From an uncultured Salinarchaeum sp. (GTDB lineage: Archaea > Halobacteriota > Halobacteria > Halobacteriales > SKNY01), in the NCBI GenBank assembly GCA_964489365.1, contig CAZAYR010000002.1, forward strand, positions 1 through 53,070: a DNA stretch of 53,070 nt, written 5' to 3'. The notes below the pieces were generated by a model. That model was not told the DNA's origin and did no database searches. It worked only from the letters and a program-made list of their open reading frames with translations. Every line of letters starts with the position of its first letter. The stretch's first letter is position 1. Below are positions 1 to 8,893 of the stretch, one piece after another. The position numbers and the translations under genes were made by a program.

Positions 1-698
1 TCACCACCGCCGCGGACAACCAGACCTCCGTCCAGGTCCGCGTCTTCCAGGGCGAGCGGGAGATCGCCGAGGAGAACGAGCGGCTCGGCGAGTTCATGCT
101 CACCGGGATCCCGCCGGCCCCGGCGGGCACGCCCCAAATCGAGGTCAGCTTCAACATCGACCAGGACGGCATCGTCAACGTCAGTGCCGAGGAGCAAAGC
201 TCCGGCGAGGCCGAGGAGATCACCATCGAGGGCGGTGCCGGGCTCTCCGAAGAGGAGGTCGAACAGATGCGCGAGGAGGCCGAGGAACACGCCGAGGAGG
301 ACGATCGGCGCCGCGAGCGCATCGAAGCCCGCAACGCCGCCGAAAGCGCCCTCCAGCGCGCCGAAACGCTCCTCGATGAGAACGAGGAGATGGTCGACGA
401 GGAGCTCGAAGCCGAGATCGAGTCGGCCATGGAGGTCGTCGAGGAGACCCTCGAGGACGAGGACGCCGAGAAGGAGGACCTCGAGGCGGCGACCGAAGAT
501 CTCAGCGAGACGCTCCAGGAGATCGGCAAGCGCGCCTACCAGCAGCAAGCCGCCCAGGCCGGCGCCGAGGGTATGGGTGCGGAAGGCATGGGTGCCGAGG
601 GCTTCGATCCGGAGGACTTCGCGGAGGGCGCGGGCGACGAATACGTGGACGCGGACTTCGAGGATGTCGATGCGGACGAGGATGACACCGACGAGTAG
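1..698 (+). CDS. dnaK: Hsp70 chaperone DnaK, C-terminal part (5' end lies outside the window)
   Basis: The frame is open from the window edge, in phase with nt 3. [64 protein letters not shown] is the conserved end of the Hsp70 substrate-binding domain. An acidic lid/tail with [14 protein letters not shown] follows. dnaJ lies nearby. Confidence 0.95.
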   Translation, partial: TTAADNQTSVQVRVFQGEREIAEENERLGEFMLTGIPPAPAGTPQIEVSFNIDQDGIVNVSAEEQSSGEAEEITIEGGAGLSEEEVEQMREEAEEHAEEDDRRRERIEARNAAESALQRAETLLDENEEMVDEELEAEIESAMEVVEETLEDEDAEKEDLEAATEDLSETLQEIGKRAYQQQAAQAGAEGMGAEGMGAEGFDPEDFAEGAGDEYVDADFEDVDADEDDTDE

Positions 699-707
699 GC
701 CCGCCGT

Positions 708-2447
708 TCAGTCGGCCTCGTGAATCTTTTCGCCGCGGTGGAGCCGATCCGCGATGCGGAACGTCTGTTCGCCCGAGCGCCGGGTCGGCGTGTGCGCCGC
801 CAGGTAGCGCGCCGTCGCGATCAGGTGTAGTGCCGCCCGCGCGGGATCGTCCGTGATGCGGTGCTGGCGGAACGCCGCCTCCAGGTTCTGACGGGCGTGA
901 AAGCCGACATCCTCCCGGAGCAGGGCCGAGCCGAGCGCCGCCTTGAGCTCGGCCACGTCGCCGCCCGCGTCCAGATACGCGGCGACCGCACGGCCGGCGC
1001 GATCGACCGTGTCCTCGGATTCGACTTCGAACGTCCGCCGGAGCGTCTCGAGGGCCTCGTCCGGCGCCGGATCGCCCGACGGTTCCGGGAGCGGGGCAGG
1101 AGGCGTATTGAGAAATCGATCCAGGTAGACGCGCATGGCCGCATCGAAGACGCCCCGATAGAGCTCGGGCGCCGGCGTCCGCGTGGCCAGCGCATGGACG
1201 GCGTTCGCGTACGTGTAGGTGTGGTGGACGGTATTCCAGTCGTTGAACTCGTTCGAGGTCCCGAACTGGGCGACCCGTCGGGCCGCAGCCGCGGCAACCG
1301 GTTCCGCGAGGGCCGCAGCGCCCGCACCGGCATCGATGGCGTCGAGGAGGTGGTCGATGATCGCCCCCGGATCGTCCGAGAGCAGCACGTCCACGAACCC
1401 CTCGGGCTCGTTCCAGTCATCCCCGCGCCCGTCGTCGGGCAGGTCCGCGGCCGCATCCGCGCACAGGGCGGCGAGATCGACGGGCTGACGCCACGAGGCC
1501 GTCTCCTCGGCGCGGCTGGCGCCCGCCAGGCCGGTCACCAGGCTCGCCAGCACCGGCTCGGCCGCCGCCCAGCCGATCCGATCCAGCGTCTCGAAGGCCT
1601 TGTTGATGAAATCGAGCCGGTGGCCGTTGTCGAGGAACCGGTGGTCGGTCGCCGCCGCGGCCAGCATGCCCGCGATCGCCGGCTCGCCGACGTCCGCCCG
1701 GATCGCCGCGCGGAGGACACGCTCGGCCCCGTCGGCGTCACGGACTTCGATATTTTCCCGGAACCAGTCGCGCAACCGCTGCGCGGAGAGGTCCTCGTTC
1801 GAGAGTGGATCCTGATAGAACGCGGGTGGCGAACCCGCCGTGTTGTCGGCGACCTCGCCCAGGCCCACGTAAAGCGCCCGGCGACGATCCTCCGGCTCCA
1901 GGTCCGGGAGGAGGTTGGCCATCACCCCGAGCGTCGTGAGTCCCCTGCCCCACCCAGCCGCGCGGTACTCGGTTCCGAACCGCGCGCCGATTTCGACGGC
2001 GTCGTCGGCCGGGGCGTCGGCCGCGTCGAGGCCGATGACCGCCTTCCCGATCACCAGATCCAGATTCTCCCGGAGCCCATGCTCGAGGCGCTCGCGCCAG
2101 TGTTCGGTCGGCGGTTTCGACCGGGGTGGCTCGGGATTGACGTAGACGGTCCCGTCCCGGACGTCCACCGGGAACGTCCCGACGTCGTCGGCGAACGGAT
2201 CGAGGGTATCGCCACAACCGAGTTCGAAGCGCGCGTGGTGCCACGGACACGTCAGAATGCCGTCCTCGACCGTGCCGTCCGTCAGGGGGAACCCCATGTG
2301 TGGGCAGCGATTGTCGGTCGCGAAGAACTCGCCGTCGTGGTAAAACAGGCCGATGGAACGCCCGCCGGCCCGGACGATCATGGGCGCATCCTCCCGGGCT
2401 TCGGCCACGGACGCCACGGATTCGAAGGGGGTGTCCTCCACCGCCAT
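708..2447 (-). CDS. Rieske [2Fe-2S] domain protein fused to a large (~450 aa) unassigned acidic domain
   Basis: N-terminal Rieske motifs CPHMGFPL and CPWHHARF. The remainder is acidic and Ala/Asp-rich, typical of a haloarchaeal protein. Start set at ATG 2447 (MAVEDTPFES). The 22 codons up to 2513 are Arg/Ala-rich and would leave only 29 nt to the divergent dnaJ. Confidence 0.8.
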   Translation of the reverse strand: MAVEDTPFESVASVAEAREDAPMIVRAGGRSIGLFYHDGEFFATDNRCPHMGFPLTDGTVEDGILTCPWHHARFELGCGDTLDPFADDVGTFPVDVRDGTVYVNPEPPRSKPPTEHWRERLEHGLRENLDLVIGKAVIGLDAADAPADDAVEIGARFGTEYRAAGWGRGLTTLGVMANLLPDLEPEDRRRALYVGLGEVADNTAGSPPAFYQDPLSNEDLSAQRLRDWFRENIEVRDADGAERVLRAAIRADVGEPAIAGMLAAAATDHRFLDNGHRLDFINKAFETLDRIGWAAAEPVLASLVTGLAGASRAEETASWRQPVDLAALCADAAADLPDDGRGDDWNEPEGFVDVLLSDDPGAIIDHLLDAIDAGAGAAALAEPVAAAAARRVAQFGTSNEFNDWNTVHHTYTYANAVHALATRTPAPELYRGVFDAAMRVYLDRFLNTPPAPLPEPSGDPAPDEALETLRRTFEVESEDTVDRAGRAVAAYLDAGGDVAELKAALGSALLREDVGFHARQNLEAAFRQHRITDDPARAALHLIATARYLAAHTPTRRSGEQTFRIADRLHRGEKIHEAD

Positions 2448-2542
2448 GGCGGAAACAGGGACGAGGCGCGCAAAAACATTGGCGCCGGCGCCCGGCCGAG
2501 CCGTTCTGTTCAAGTACGGTCGCGCTGTACGCCCGGTAACGA

Positions 2543-3682
2543 ATGAGCGAGGACTTCTATGAGGTCCTCGGCGTGGACCGCGACGCCAGCGAGGAGGAGA
2601 TCAACCGCGCGTTCCGCCGAAAGGCCGCCCAGCATCACCCTGACGTGAGCGACGAGCCCGACGCCGAGGAGCGATTCAAGAAGATCCAGAAGGCCAAGGA
2701 AGTCCTCACCGACGAGGAGAAACGGGCGGCCTACGACCAGATGGGCCACGCACGGTTCACGGAGACCGAGAAACACGGCGGGTTCGACGAGGGCCGCGGG
2801 GATCCCTTCGGCGGTGCGGGAGGCGATCCGTTCGGCGGCGGGGGGTTCGGCGACATCTTCGAGCAGTTCTTCGGCGGGAACGCCCGGCGGCGCAATGGAC
2901 CCAGGCAAGGCCAGGATCTACGGACCTCGGTGACCGTCGATCTCGAGGAGGCCTACCACGGCGTCACCAAGCAGCTCAACCTGTCGCGACCACGGACGTG
3001 TGACACCTGCGACGGGGCCGGGCATCCGGCCTCGGCGGACCAGCGGCGCTGTCCGGAGTGTAACGGGCGTGGCCAGGTGACCCGCGTCCAGCAGTCCGCG
3101 CTCGGCCGGATTCAACAAACCCAGACCTGCCCGCGTTGCGAGGGGGAGGGTCAGCTGTTCGACGAGGTCTGTTCGGACTGCGGCGGGGACGGGATCGTCC
3201 AGGAGGAGGCGAGTCTCTCGGTGGACATCCCCGCCGGCATCCAGGACGGCCAGACCCTGCGGATGGAGGGCGAGGGCGCCCCGGGCGAACGTGGCGCCCG
3301 CCCGGGCGATCTCCTGATCGAGGTCGCCGTCGCCGACCACCCCGATTTCGATCGCGATGGCGCGGACCTCTATACCCGCGAACCGATCTCGTTCCCCCAG
3401 GCGGTCTTCGGGGACACCCTGGTGATCGAGACGTTCGACGGGGCCGTCGAACTCGAGGTGCCCCCAGGGACCCAGAGCGGGGAGGTGCTCCGGCTGCGGG
3501 ACAAGGGCATGCCCCGGCTGCGCCGGCGGGGCCAGGGCGACCTGCACGTGCAGATCCAGGTGTTCACCCCACAGCGGCTCAGCGCGGAGGAGCGGGAGGC
3601 CCTCGAGGTCTTTGCAGAGGCCGGCGGCGAGGAGATCGACGTCGAGCAGGGCCTGTTCGAACGGATCCGGAACTCCTTCTGA
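2543..3682 (+). CDS. dnaJ: Co-chaperone DnaJ (Hsp40)
   Basis: J domain (DFYEVLGVDRDASEEEINRAFRRKAAQHHPD), Gly/Phe-rich linker, and four CxxCxGxG zinc-finger repeats (CDTCDGAG, CPECNGRG, CPRCEGEG, CSDCGGDG). Confidence 0.95.
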   Translation: MSEDFYEVLGVDRDASEEEINRAFRRKAAQHHPDVSDEPDAEERFKKIQKAKEVLTDEEKRAAYDQMGHARFTETEKHGGFDEGRGDPFGGAGGDPFGGGGFGDIFEQFFGGNARRRNGPRQGQDLRTSVTVDLEEAYHGVTKQLNLSRPRTCDTCDGAGHPASADQRRCPECNGRGQVTRVQQSALGRIQQTQTCPRCEGEGQLFDEVCSDCGGDGIVQEEASLSVDIPAGIQDGQTLRMEGEGAPGERGARPGDLLIEVAVADHPDFDRDGADLYTREPISFPQAVFGDTLVIETFDGAVELEVPPGTQSGEVLRLRDKGMPRLRRRGQGDLHVQIQVFTPQRLSAEEREALEVFAEAGGEEIDVEQGLFERIRNSF

Positions 3683-3768
3683 GTCCGTTCCGGATCAGAG
3701 CCATGTGAGGGGGGCTGTCATCCTTCCGTCTGACGTAAGGTTTTGTACGACGACGGCAAGCCGCTAGT

Positions 3769-4617
3769 ATGGCCAACCTGGCGGAGGTGTACGACCGCAG
3801 GCGCGGGGGTGGGAACATCGATCCCCGCCGCGCTGCCGTCGGGGTGACCCTCTTTCTCATCGGGGCCGCCATGGCCGTGATCGGGCTCGTTCTCGCCTCG
3901 ACGGAGATCCTCTCGGTGTGGGGTATCGGACGGTACGAATCCCGCCGGATCGCGGGGATCCTCGGAGGGCTGGGCGTGCCGGCCGTCTTTATCGGGATCC
4001 TCACCGTGCTTCCGGCGAGCGATCGCCTGCGGGCGTCCGCGGCCCTCGGTGCGGGTATCGCCGTGGTCGGCGTCGTGCTCTTCGCGTTCGTGTATCCGGA
4101 CCAATGGCTCGGTACGCGCGGCCTCGACCGCCACTACACCTTCGAGACGGCGACGATCTACTTCTTCGGGACGCTGATTACGTTCTGGTGTTTCTTCGTG
4201 AGTGTCGCGAACTTCAAGACCCGCAACGATCCCGGCGGGACGGTCAACCTCGAGGTCAAGACCGCCGGGCGGACGCGGATCGTCGAGGTCGATCGGAAGG
4301 TACGATCGGGCCTGGGCGGGATCGGCTTGTTCGGCAACGACTCCCCAACGCCGACGACGACGGTCAGCGACGGGGGGAGCACGGCGACCGGCATCAGCAC
4401 CCCGATGGATGACGACGACGGCGCCATCCTGGGGACCGATGACGGTGCCGAGCGGGCCTCCGTGGATCGATACTGCGGGAACTGCCGCCACTTCGAATAC
4501 GTCCGCGACGCCAACGGGATGACGCCGTACTGTGGCTACCACAAGGAGCTCATGGAGGACATGGAGCCCTGCGAGGCCTGGGACGCTCGCGAACGGCAGG
4601 CCGTCGAGAACGGATAA
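3769..4617 (+). CDS. Integral membrane protein with a C-terminal Cys4 zinc-ribbon-like tail (function unknown)
   Basis: Four hydrophobic helices (e.g. VGVTLFLIGAAMAVIGLVLA, IAGILGGLGVPAVFIGILTVL, LGAGIAVVGVVLFAFVY, IYFFGTLITFWCFFVSV). A soluble tail follows, ending in CGNC-x15-C-x12-C. Codon usage resembles the neighbours. Confidence 0.7.
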   Translation: MANLAEVYDRRRGGGNIDPRRAAVGVTLFLIGAAMAVIGLVLASTEILSVWGIGRYESRRIAGILGGLGVPAVFIGILTVLPASDRLRASAALGAGIAVVGVVLFAFVYPDQWLGTRGLDRHYTFETATIYFFGTLITFWCFFVSVANFKTRNDPGGTVNLEVKTAGRTRIVEVDRKVRSGLGGIGLFGNDSPTPTTTVSDGGSTATGISTPMDDDDGAILGTDDGAERASVDRYCGNCRHFEYVRDANGMTPYCGYHKELMEDMEPCEAWDARERQAVENG

Positions 4618-4648
4618 CCATTTAGCGCTCGCCGGGCGAGTGCGGCCC

Positions 4649-5269
4649 ATGACTGACCTCCGCGTACTCCCCCTCGGCCCGCCCGGCGCGGGGAAAGGGA
4701 CCCAGAGCCGGCGGATCGCCGAGCAGTACGACGTGCCCCACGTGGCGACCGGGGACATGCTCCGGGCGAACAAGGACATGGAGACCGAGCACGGGACGCC
4801 AGGGGAATACATGGACGCCGGCGAGCTCGTGCCGGATCCCGTGATGAAACGCGTCGTCGAGGAGGCCCTCGAGGAGCGGGACGGCTTCGTGCTCGACGGG
4901 TATCCACGGACCCTCGACCAGGCCGAGCATCTCGACGGGGTGACCGAGCTCGATGCCATCATCGCGATCGAGGTCGGCCGGGAGGAGCTCATCCGTCGGC
5001 TCTCTGGCCGTCGCGTCGATCCGGAAACGGGCCGGAACTACCACGTCGAATTCGACATGCCCGACGATCCCGAAATCCGCGATCGGCTGACCCAGCGCGA
5101 GGACGATCGGCCCGAGCAAGTCGAGACCCGGCTCGAGGAGTTCGACGAGAAAACCCGGCCGGTCATCGAGTACTACCGGGACCACCCTGCCTTCGTGGCA
5201 ATCGACGGGGAGGACAACCCGGACACGGTCTTCGCGCGCATCACCGAGATCCTCGATCCGAAGGTCTGA
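4649..5269 (+). CDS. adk: Adenylate kinase
   Basis: P-loop LGPPGAGKGTQ, then VATGDMLR and LDGYPRT motifs. Start set at ATG 4649 (MTDLRVLPLGPPGAGKG). The upstream part of the 4532 ORF is Arg/Ser-rich and overlaps the preceding gene. Confidence 0.9.
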   Translation: MTDLRVLPLGPPGAGKGTQSRRIAEQYDVPHVATGDMLRANKDMETEHGTPGEYMDAGELVPDPVMKRVVEEALEERDGFVLDGYPRTLDQAEHLDGVTELDAIIAIEVGREELIRRLSGRRVDPETGRNYHVEFDMPDDPEIRDRLTQREDDRPEQVETRLEEFDEKTRPVIEYYRDHPAFVAIDGEDNPDTVFARITEILDPKV

Positions 5270-5308
5270 ACCGAGATGGAAGCTTCATTACCACCGGCGA
5301 AGTAGCCC

Positions 5309-6238
5309 GTGGCGATGGCACGGACCGCGGGCAAGGTACGATCGCTCGTCGAAGAGGACCCGAGCCTCGGCGAGGCGATCGCGTCGATCATCGAAGCGGC
5401 CGACGAGGGCGACGGCGAGGTCGAGTGGAGCGACGTCCGTGAGGACCTGACCACCGGACAGTGGGGCCGACTCATCGAGAAGGGGATCCTCGACGAGGGT
5501 GTCCGCGGATTCGAGCTGGCCGATCCCGAGGAGACGAAGGAGGTCCTGGACGAGCTCGACGTCGACTACCTCGTCGCGACCTCCGATAGCACCGACACCG
5601 AAGGCTCCTCGTGGACCCAATGGGACAAACTCGCGGCGATCTTCGCGGTCACGCTGTTCGCGGGCTACGCCTGGCAACCCGCGCGGGAGGTTGCGGGCAG
5701 CACGATGGATCTCCTCATCGGGCCGCTGGCGGACACGATGCCCCTGTATGGCGTGATCATGCTCCTGGCGCTGTTCACCGGCCTGTACTCGACGATTCTG
5801 CAAGCGAATCTCGTCGACCGGGAAAAGATGTCGCAGTATCGCCAGCAGATGCAGGCGATCAACCGCCGGCGCAAGAAAGCCCAGGAGGAGGGCGACGAGG
5901 AGGAGCTCGATCGCATCCAGCAGGAACAGCTCGAGGCGATGGGCGATCAACTCGGGATGTTCAAGGAGCAGTTCCGGCCGATGGTCTGGATCATGTTTCT
6001 CACGATCCCGGTGTTCCTCTGGCTGCTCTGGGCGGTGAGCAGCCGCCTCGGCTCGCCGGCCCAACCCGGGCTCGCGGGGAGGGAAGTCATCCTCCCGCTC
6101 AGCAGCGGCGCGATGACCTGGGATACCGGGCTGATCTGGTACCTCGAGCCCTGGCTGGTCTGGTATTTCGTCTGTTCGCTCGCGTTCACCCAGCTCATCC
6201 GGAAGTCGCTGAACATCCAGATGACCCCCACCGGGTGA
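5309..6238 (+). CDS. DUF106 / EMC3-TMCO1-like membrane protein (archaeal YidC-like insertase family)
   Basis: TM helices flank a charged coiled-coil segment (REKMSQYRQQMQAINRRRKKAQEEGDEEELDRIQQEQLEAM). It occupies the conserved archaeal position between adk and cmk. It has an acidic N-terminal extension. Confidence 0.75.
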   Translation: MAMARTAGKVRSLVEEDPSLGEAIASIIEAADEGDGEVEWSDVREDLTTGQWGRLIEKGILDEGVRGFELADPEETKEVLDELDVDYLVATSDSTDTEGSSWTQWDKLAAIFAVTLFAGYAWQPAREVAGSTMDLLIGPLADTMPLYGVIMLLALFTGLYSTILQANLVDREKMSQYRQQMQAINRRRKKAQEEGDEEELDRIQQEQLEAMGDQLGMFKEQFRPMVWIMFLTIPVFLWLLWAVSSRLGSPAQPGLAGREVILPLSSGAMTWDTGLIWYLEPWLVWYFVCSLAFTQLIRKSLNIQMTPTG

Positions 6239-6284
6239 ACCGGCCGTCCAAAACCTCTTTGAGCGCGTCCGACCCACGCCGCGT

Positions 6285-6866
6285 ATGTTGGTGACGATGT
6301 CCGGTCCCCCCGGGAGCGGGACCAGCTCGGCCGGGGCCGCCCTCGCCGATCGGCTGGGCCTCGAGCACGTCAGCGGCGGGGACCTCTTTCGCGGCCTCGC
6401 GGACGAACGGGGGATGACCGTCGAGGAATTCAACGAGGAGGCCGAATCCGACGAGTCGATCGACCGCGAGCTCGACTGGCGCCTCCGGACGACGGCCATC
6501 GAACGCGACGATCTCGTGCTGGAGTCCCGCCTCGCGGGCTGGATGGCGGGCGAGCACGCCGATCTCCGGTTCTGGCTGGACGCACCGCCGATCGTCCGCG
6601 CCCGCCGCATCGCCGACCGCGAGGACTGGAGCGTAGGTGAAGCACGCGATCGGACGGCGATGCGTCAGAAAAGCGAGCGTCGGCGGTACGCGGAGTACTA
6701 CAACATCGACTTCGACGATCTGCGTATTTACGATCTCGCGATCAATACCGGCCGCTGGCCTCTCGAGGCGGAACTCGAGCTGCTCGTCGACGCCGTCGAA
6801 TCGTACGATCCCGGGGAGGACGAAGGGGCGGTCCAGATCACCGACGTCGAGTATCCCTTCGAGTGA
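6285..6866 (+). CDS. cmk: Cytidylate (CMP) kinase, archaeal type
   Basis: P-loop SGPPGSGTSS, about 190 aa, and the conserved position between DUF106 and cbf5. Confidence 0.85.
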   Translation: MLVTMSGPPGSGTSSAGAALADRLGLEHVSGGDLFRGLADERGMTVEEFNEEAESDESIDRELDWRLRTTAIERDDLVLESRLAGWMAGEHADLRFWLDAPPIVRARRIADREDWSVGEARDRTAMRQKSERRRYAEYYNIDFDDLRIYDLAINTGRWPLEAELELLVDAVESYDPGEDEGAVQITDVEYPFE

Positions 6867-6869
6867 CCG

Positions 6870-7757
6870 ATGCGGGGCCCCCCGGCGGATCGTCCGATCG
6901 AGGCGCGCCGGGAGTTTGGCGTGATCAACCTCGATAAGCCACCGGGGCCGAGCTCACACCAGGTCGTGGCGTGGATCAAGGACCTCCTCGGGCTCGAGCG
7001 TGCCGCCCATGCGGGGACGCTCGACCCGGCGGTGACCGGGTGCCTCCCGGTGCTGTTGGGCGACGCGACCCGAATCGCGCAAGCGCTCCACGTCGGGACG
7101 AAGCGGTACGTCGCGGTCCTGGAGCTCCACGATCGCGCGCCCGATTCGATCCCGGACGTGCTCGAGGCGTTCGAAGGCGAGATCTACCAGCGACCGCCGC
7201 GAAAGAGCGCGGTCGCCCGCCGGTTACGCACGCGGACCGTCCACCGCCTCGAGGCCCTCGAGACTCGCGATCGTGAAGTGCTCCTCGATATCGAGTGCGA
7301 GAGCGGCACGTACATCCGGAAACTTTGCCATGATCTCGGACTGGCGTTGGGGACGGGGGGACACATGGGAGAACTCCGTCGCACGGCCACGACGCCGTTC
7401 GACGACACGACCGTGGTGACGATGCACGACCTGGCGGATGGGATCGCGTTTGCCGACGAGGGAGACCCGGACCCCCTCGGGACGCTCCTCCAGCCGGCCG
7501 AGCGGGCCCTGACCCACCTGCCCGAGATCACGATCGCGCCGAGTGCGGCCGCCACGGTCGCCCATGGGGCCCCGATCTACGCGCCGGGCGTGATCGAAGC
7601 GGAATCCGCCGAACAGGGGGACCTCGTCGTCGGGGCGACGCCTGACGGTGCGGCGATCTGTCTCGGGCGCCTCGTCGGTGAACCGGCGGGCGCCGAGGGA
7701 GAAGTCGTGCGCCTCGAGCGCGTGCTCGTCGACGAACGGCCGGACCAAAGCGCTTAA
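6870..7757 (+). CDS. truB: tRNA/rRNA pseudouridine-55 synthase Cbf5/TruB family
   Basis: INLDKPPGPSSHQVVAWIK and the catalytic-Asp motif HAGTLDPAVTGCLPVLLG. The C-terminal part is PUA-like. Starts 4 nt after cmk. Confidence 0.9.
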   Translation: MRGPPADRPIEARREFGVINLDKPPGPSSHQVVAWIKDLLGLERAAHAGTLDPAVTGCLPVLLGDATRIAQALHVGTKRYVAVLELHDRAPDSIPDVLEAFEGEIYQRPPRKSAVARRLRTRTVHRLEALETRDREVLLDIECESGTYIRKLCHDLGLALGTGGHMGELRRTATTPFDDTTVVTMHDLADGIAFADEGDPDPLGTLLQPAERALTHLPEITIAPSAAATVAHGAPIYAPGVIEAESAEQGDLVVGATPDGAAICLGRLVGEPAGAEGEVVRLERVLVDERPDQSA

Positions 7758-7784
7758 TCCCGCCTCCACCCTCGGCTCGCGTAC

Positions 7785-7855
7785 GGGGCCGTGGGGTAGT
7801 GGTATCCTCGGCGCATGGGGTGCGTCGGACCCGAGTTCAACTCTCGGCGGCCCCA
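7785..7855 (+). tRNA. tRNA-Pro (anticodon GGG)
   Basis: Manual cloverleaf. Acceptor GGGGCCG/CGGCCCC plus discriminator A. Anticodon stem GGCGC/GCGTC with loop A-T-GGG-G-T (U33, purine 37). T arm CCGAG-TTCAACT-CTCGG. The D arm is weak (3 bp). No encoded CCA and no intron seen. Confidence 0.85.
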
Positions 7856-7900
7856 CTTCTCGGACCAACCATTATACACCAGCTCCCGGTGTGCCCAGCC

Positions 7901-8890
7901 ATGGCGCGTGTGCTGACGATCGGCGGGTCACGGTTTATCGGCCGCCACACTGTCGAGGCGTTGCTCGAGGGCGGGGATTCGGTCACACTGTTCAATCGTG
8001 GCAATCATCCTGACCCGTTCGCCGATCACGACCGAGCGAGCCACCTCGAAGGGGATCGCACCGACGAGAGGGCACTCCGGAACGCGGCCGACGCGGTCGA
8101 CCCGGAGGTGGTCATCGACTGTGTGGCGTACGCCCCCGCCGAGGTCGAGACGGCCCTTGAGATCTTCGAGGATGTCGAGGCCTACCTGTACGTCTCCAGT
8201 GTGGCGGCGTACGTCGACGAACCCGTCGTGAAATACGAGGGCGAGACGCCCCTGGAACCGTGCTCGCCCGAGCAGGCGGGCGACGATTCGATGGCCACCT
8301 ACGGGCCCCGGAAAGCCGAGGGCGACCGGGCGGTCGCCGCGGCCGTGGAGGCGGGAATCCGGGCAATGAGCGTCCGACCCTCGATGGTCTACGGGCCGCA
8401 CGATTACGTCTCCTGGATGGAATACTGGATCGATCGAATCGCTTCCCACGACCGCATTATCGTGCCCGGCGACGGAGCGTACGTCCCCCATCGAACGTAC
8501 GTCGAGAACGTGGCGACGGCGATCGCGACCGTCGTCGAGGAGGGGGAAGCTGGCGAGGCATACAACGTCGCGGACCGACAGCCCCAGTCGCTGCTGCAGA
8601 TCGTCGAGTCCATCCGGGATGCGCTCGACACCGGCTGCGAGTTCATCCACGCCAGCCCACGGGAGCTCGCGGCCGAGGACCTGTCGGTCGCGGACTTCCC
8701 GTACTACCGGCAACGACCGCCGTTCGTCCTGTCGACGGACAAGCTCGCGAGGCTCGGTTGGGATCCGGTGGCCCCGGCGGAGGGCGTCGCCCGCACCGCC
8801 TCCCACATCACCCCGACGGACGGCCCACCCGAAGGGATCGGTCCGTCGATCGAGGACGAGCAACGACTCGTGGCCGCACTCGCCGACTGA
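7901..8890 (+). CDS. NAD-dependent epimerase/dehydratase family protein (SDR, extended)
   Basis: N-terminal Rossmann motif VLTIGGSRFIGRH. Start set at ATG 7901, because the upstream part of the 7799 ORF overlaps the tRNA. Paralogous to 50082-51137. Confidence 0.85.
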   Translation: MARVLTIGGSRFIGRHTVEALLEGGDSVTLFNRGNHPDPFADHDRASHLEGDRTDERALRNAADAVDPEVVIDCVAYAPAEVETALEIFEDVEAYLYVSSVAAYVDEPVVKYEGETPLEPCSPEQAGDDSMATYGPRKAEGDRAVAAAVEAGIRAMSVRPSMVYGPHDYVSWMEYWIDRIASHDRIIVPGDGAYVPHRTYVENVATAIATVVEEGEAGEAYNVADRQPQSLLQIVESIRDALDTGCEFIHASPRELAAEDLSVADFPYYRQRPPFVLSTDKLARLGWDPVAPAEGVARTASHITPTDGPPEGIGPSIEDEQRLVAALAD

Positions 8891-8893
8891 GGG

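Noticed and set aside
561-602. Tandem GAEGM-coding repeats in the DnaK tail as a DNA repeat feature
   Set aside because: This is about two and a half imperfect 15-nt copies inside a known low-complexity acidic tail of Hsp70. It is not an independent element.
861-2546. 561-aa ORF antisense to the Rieske-domain gene
   Set aside because: Arg/Gly/Pro-rich and basic, with no recognisable motif. It lies fully inside a gene with clear Rieske motifs and an acidic haloarchaeal composition. This is the typical GC-driven shadow ORF.
7799-7900. N-terminal extension of the epimerase ORF back to 7799
   Set aside because: The extension overlaps the tRNA-Pro gene (7785-7855). The Rossmann motif begins right after the internal ATG at 7901.
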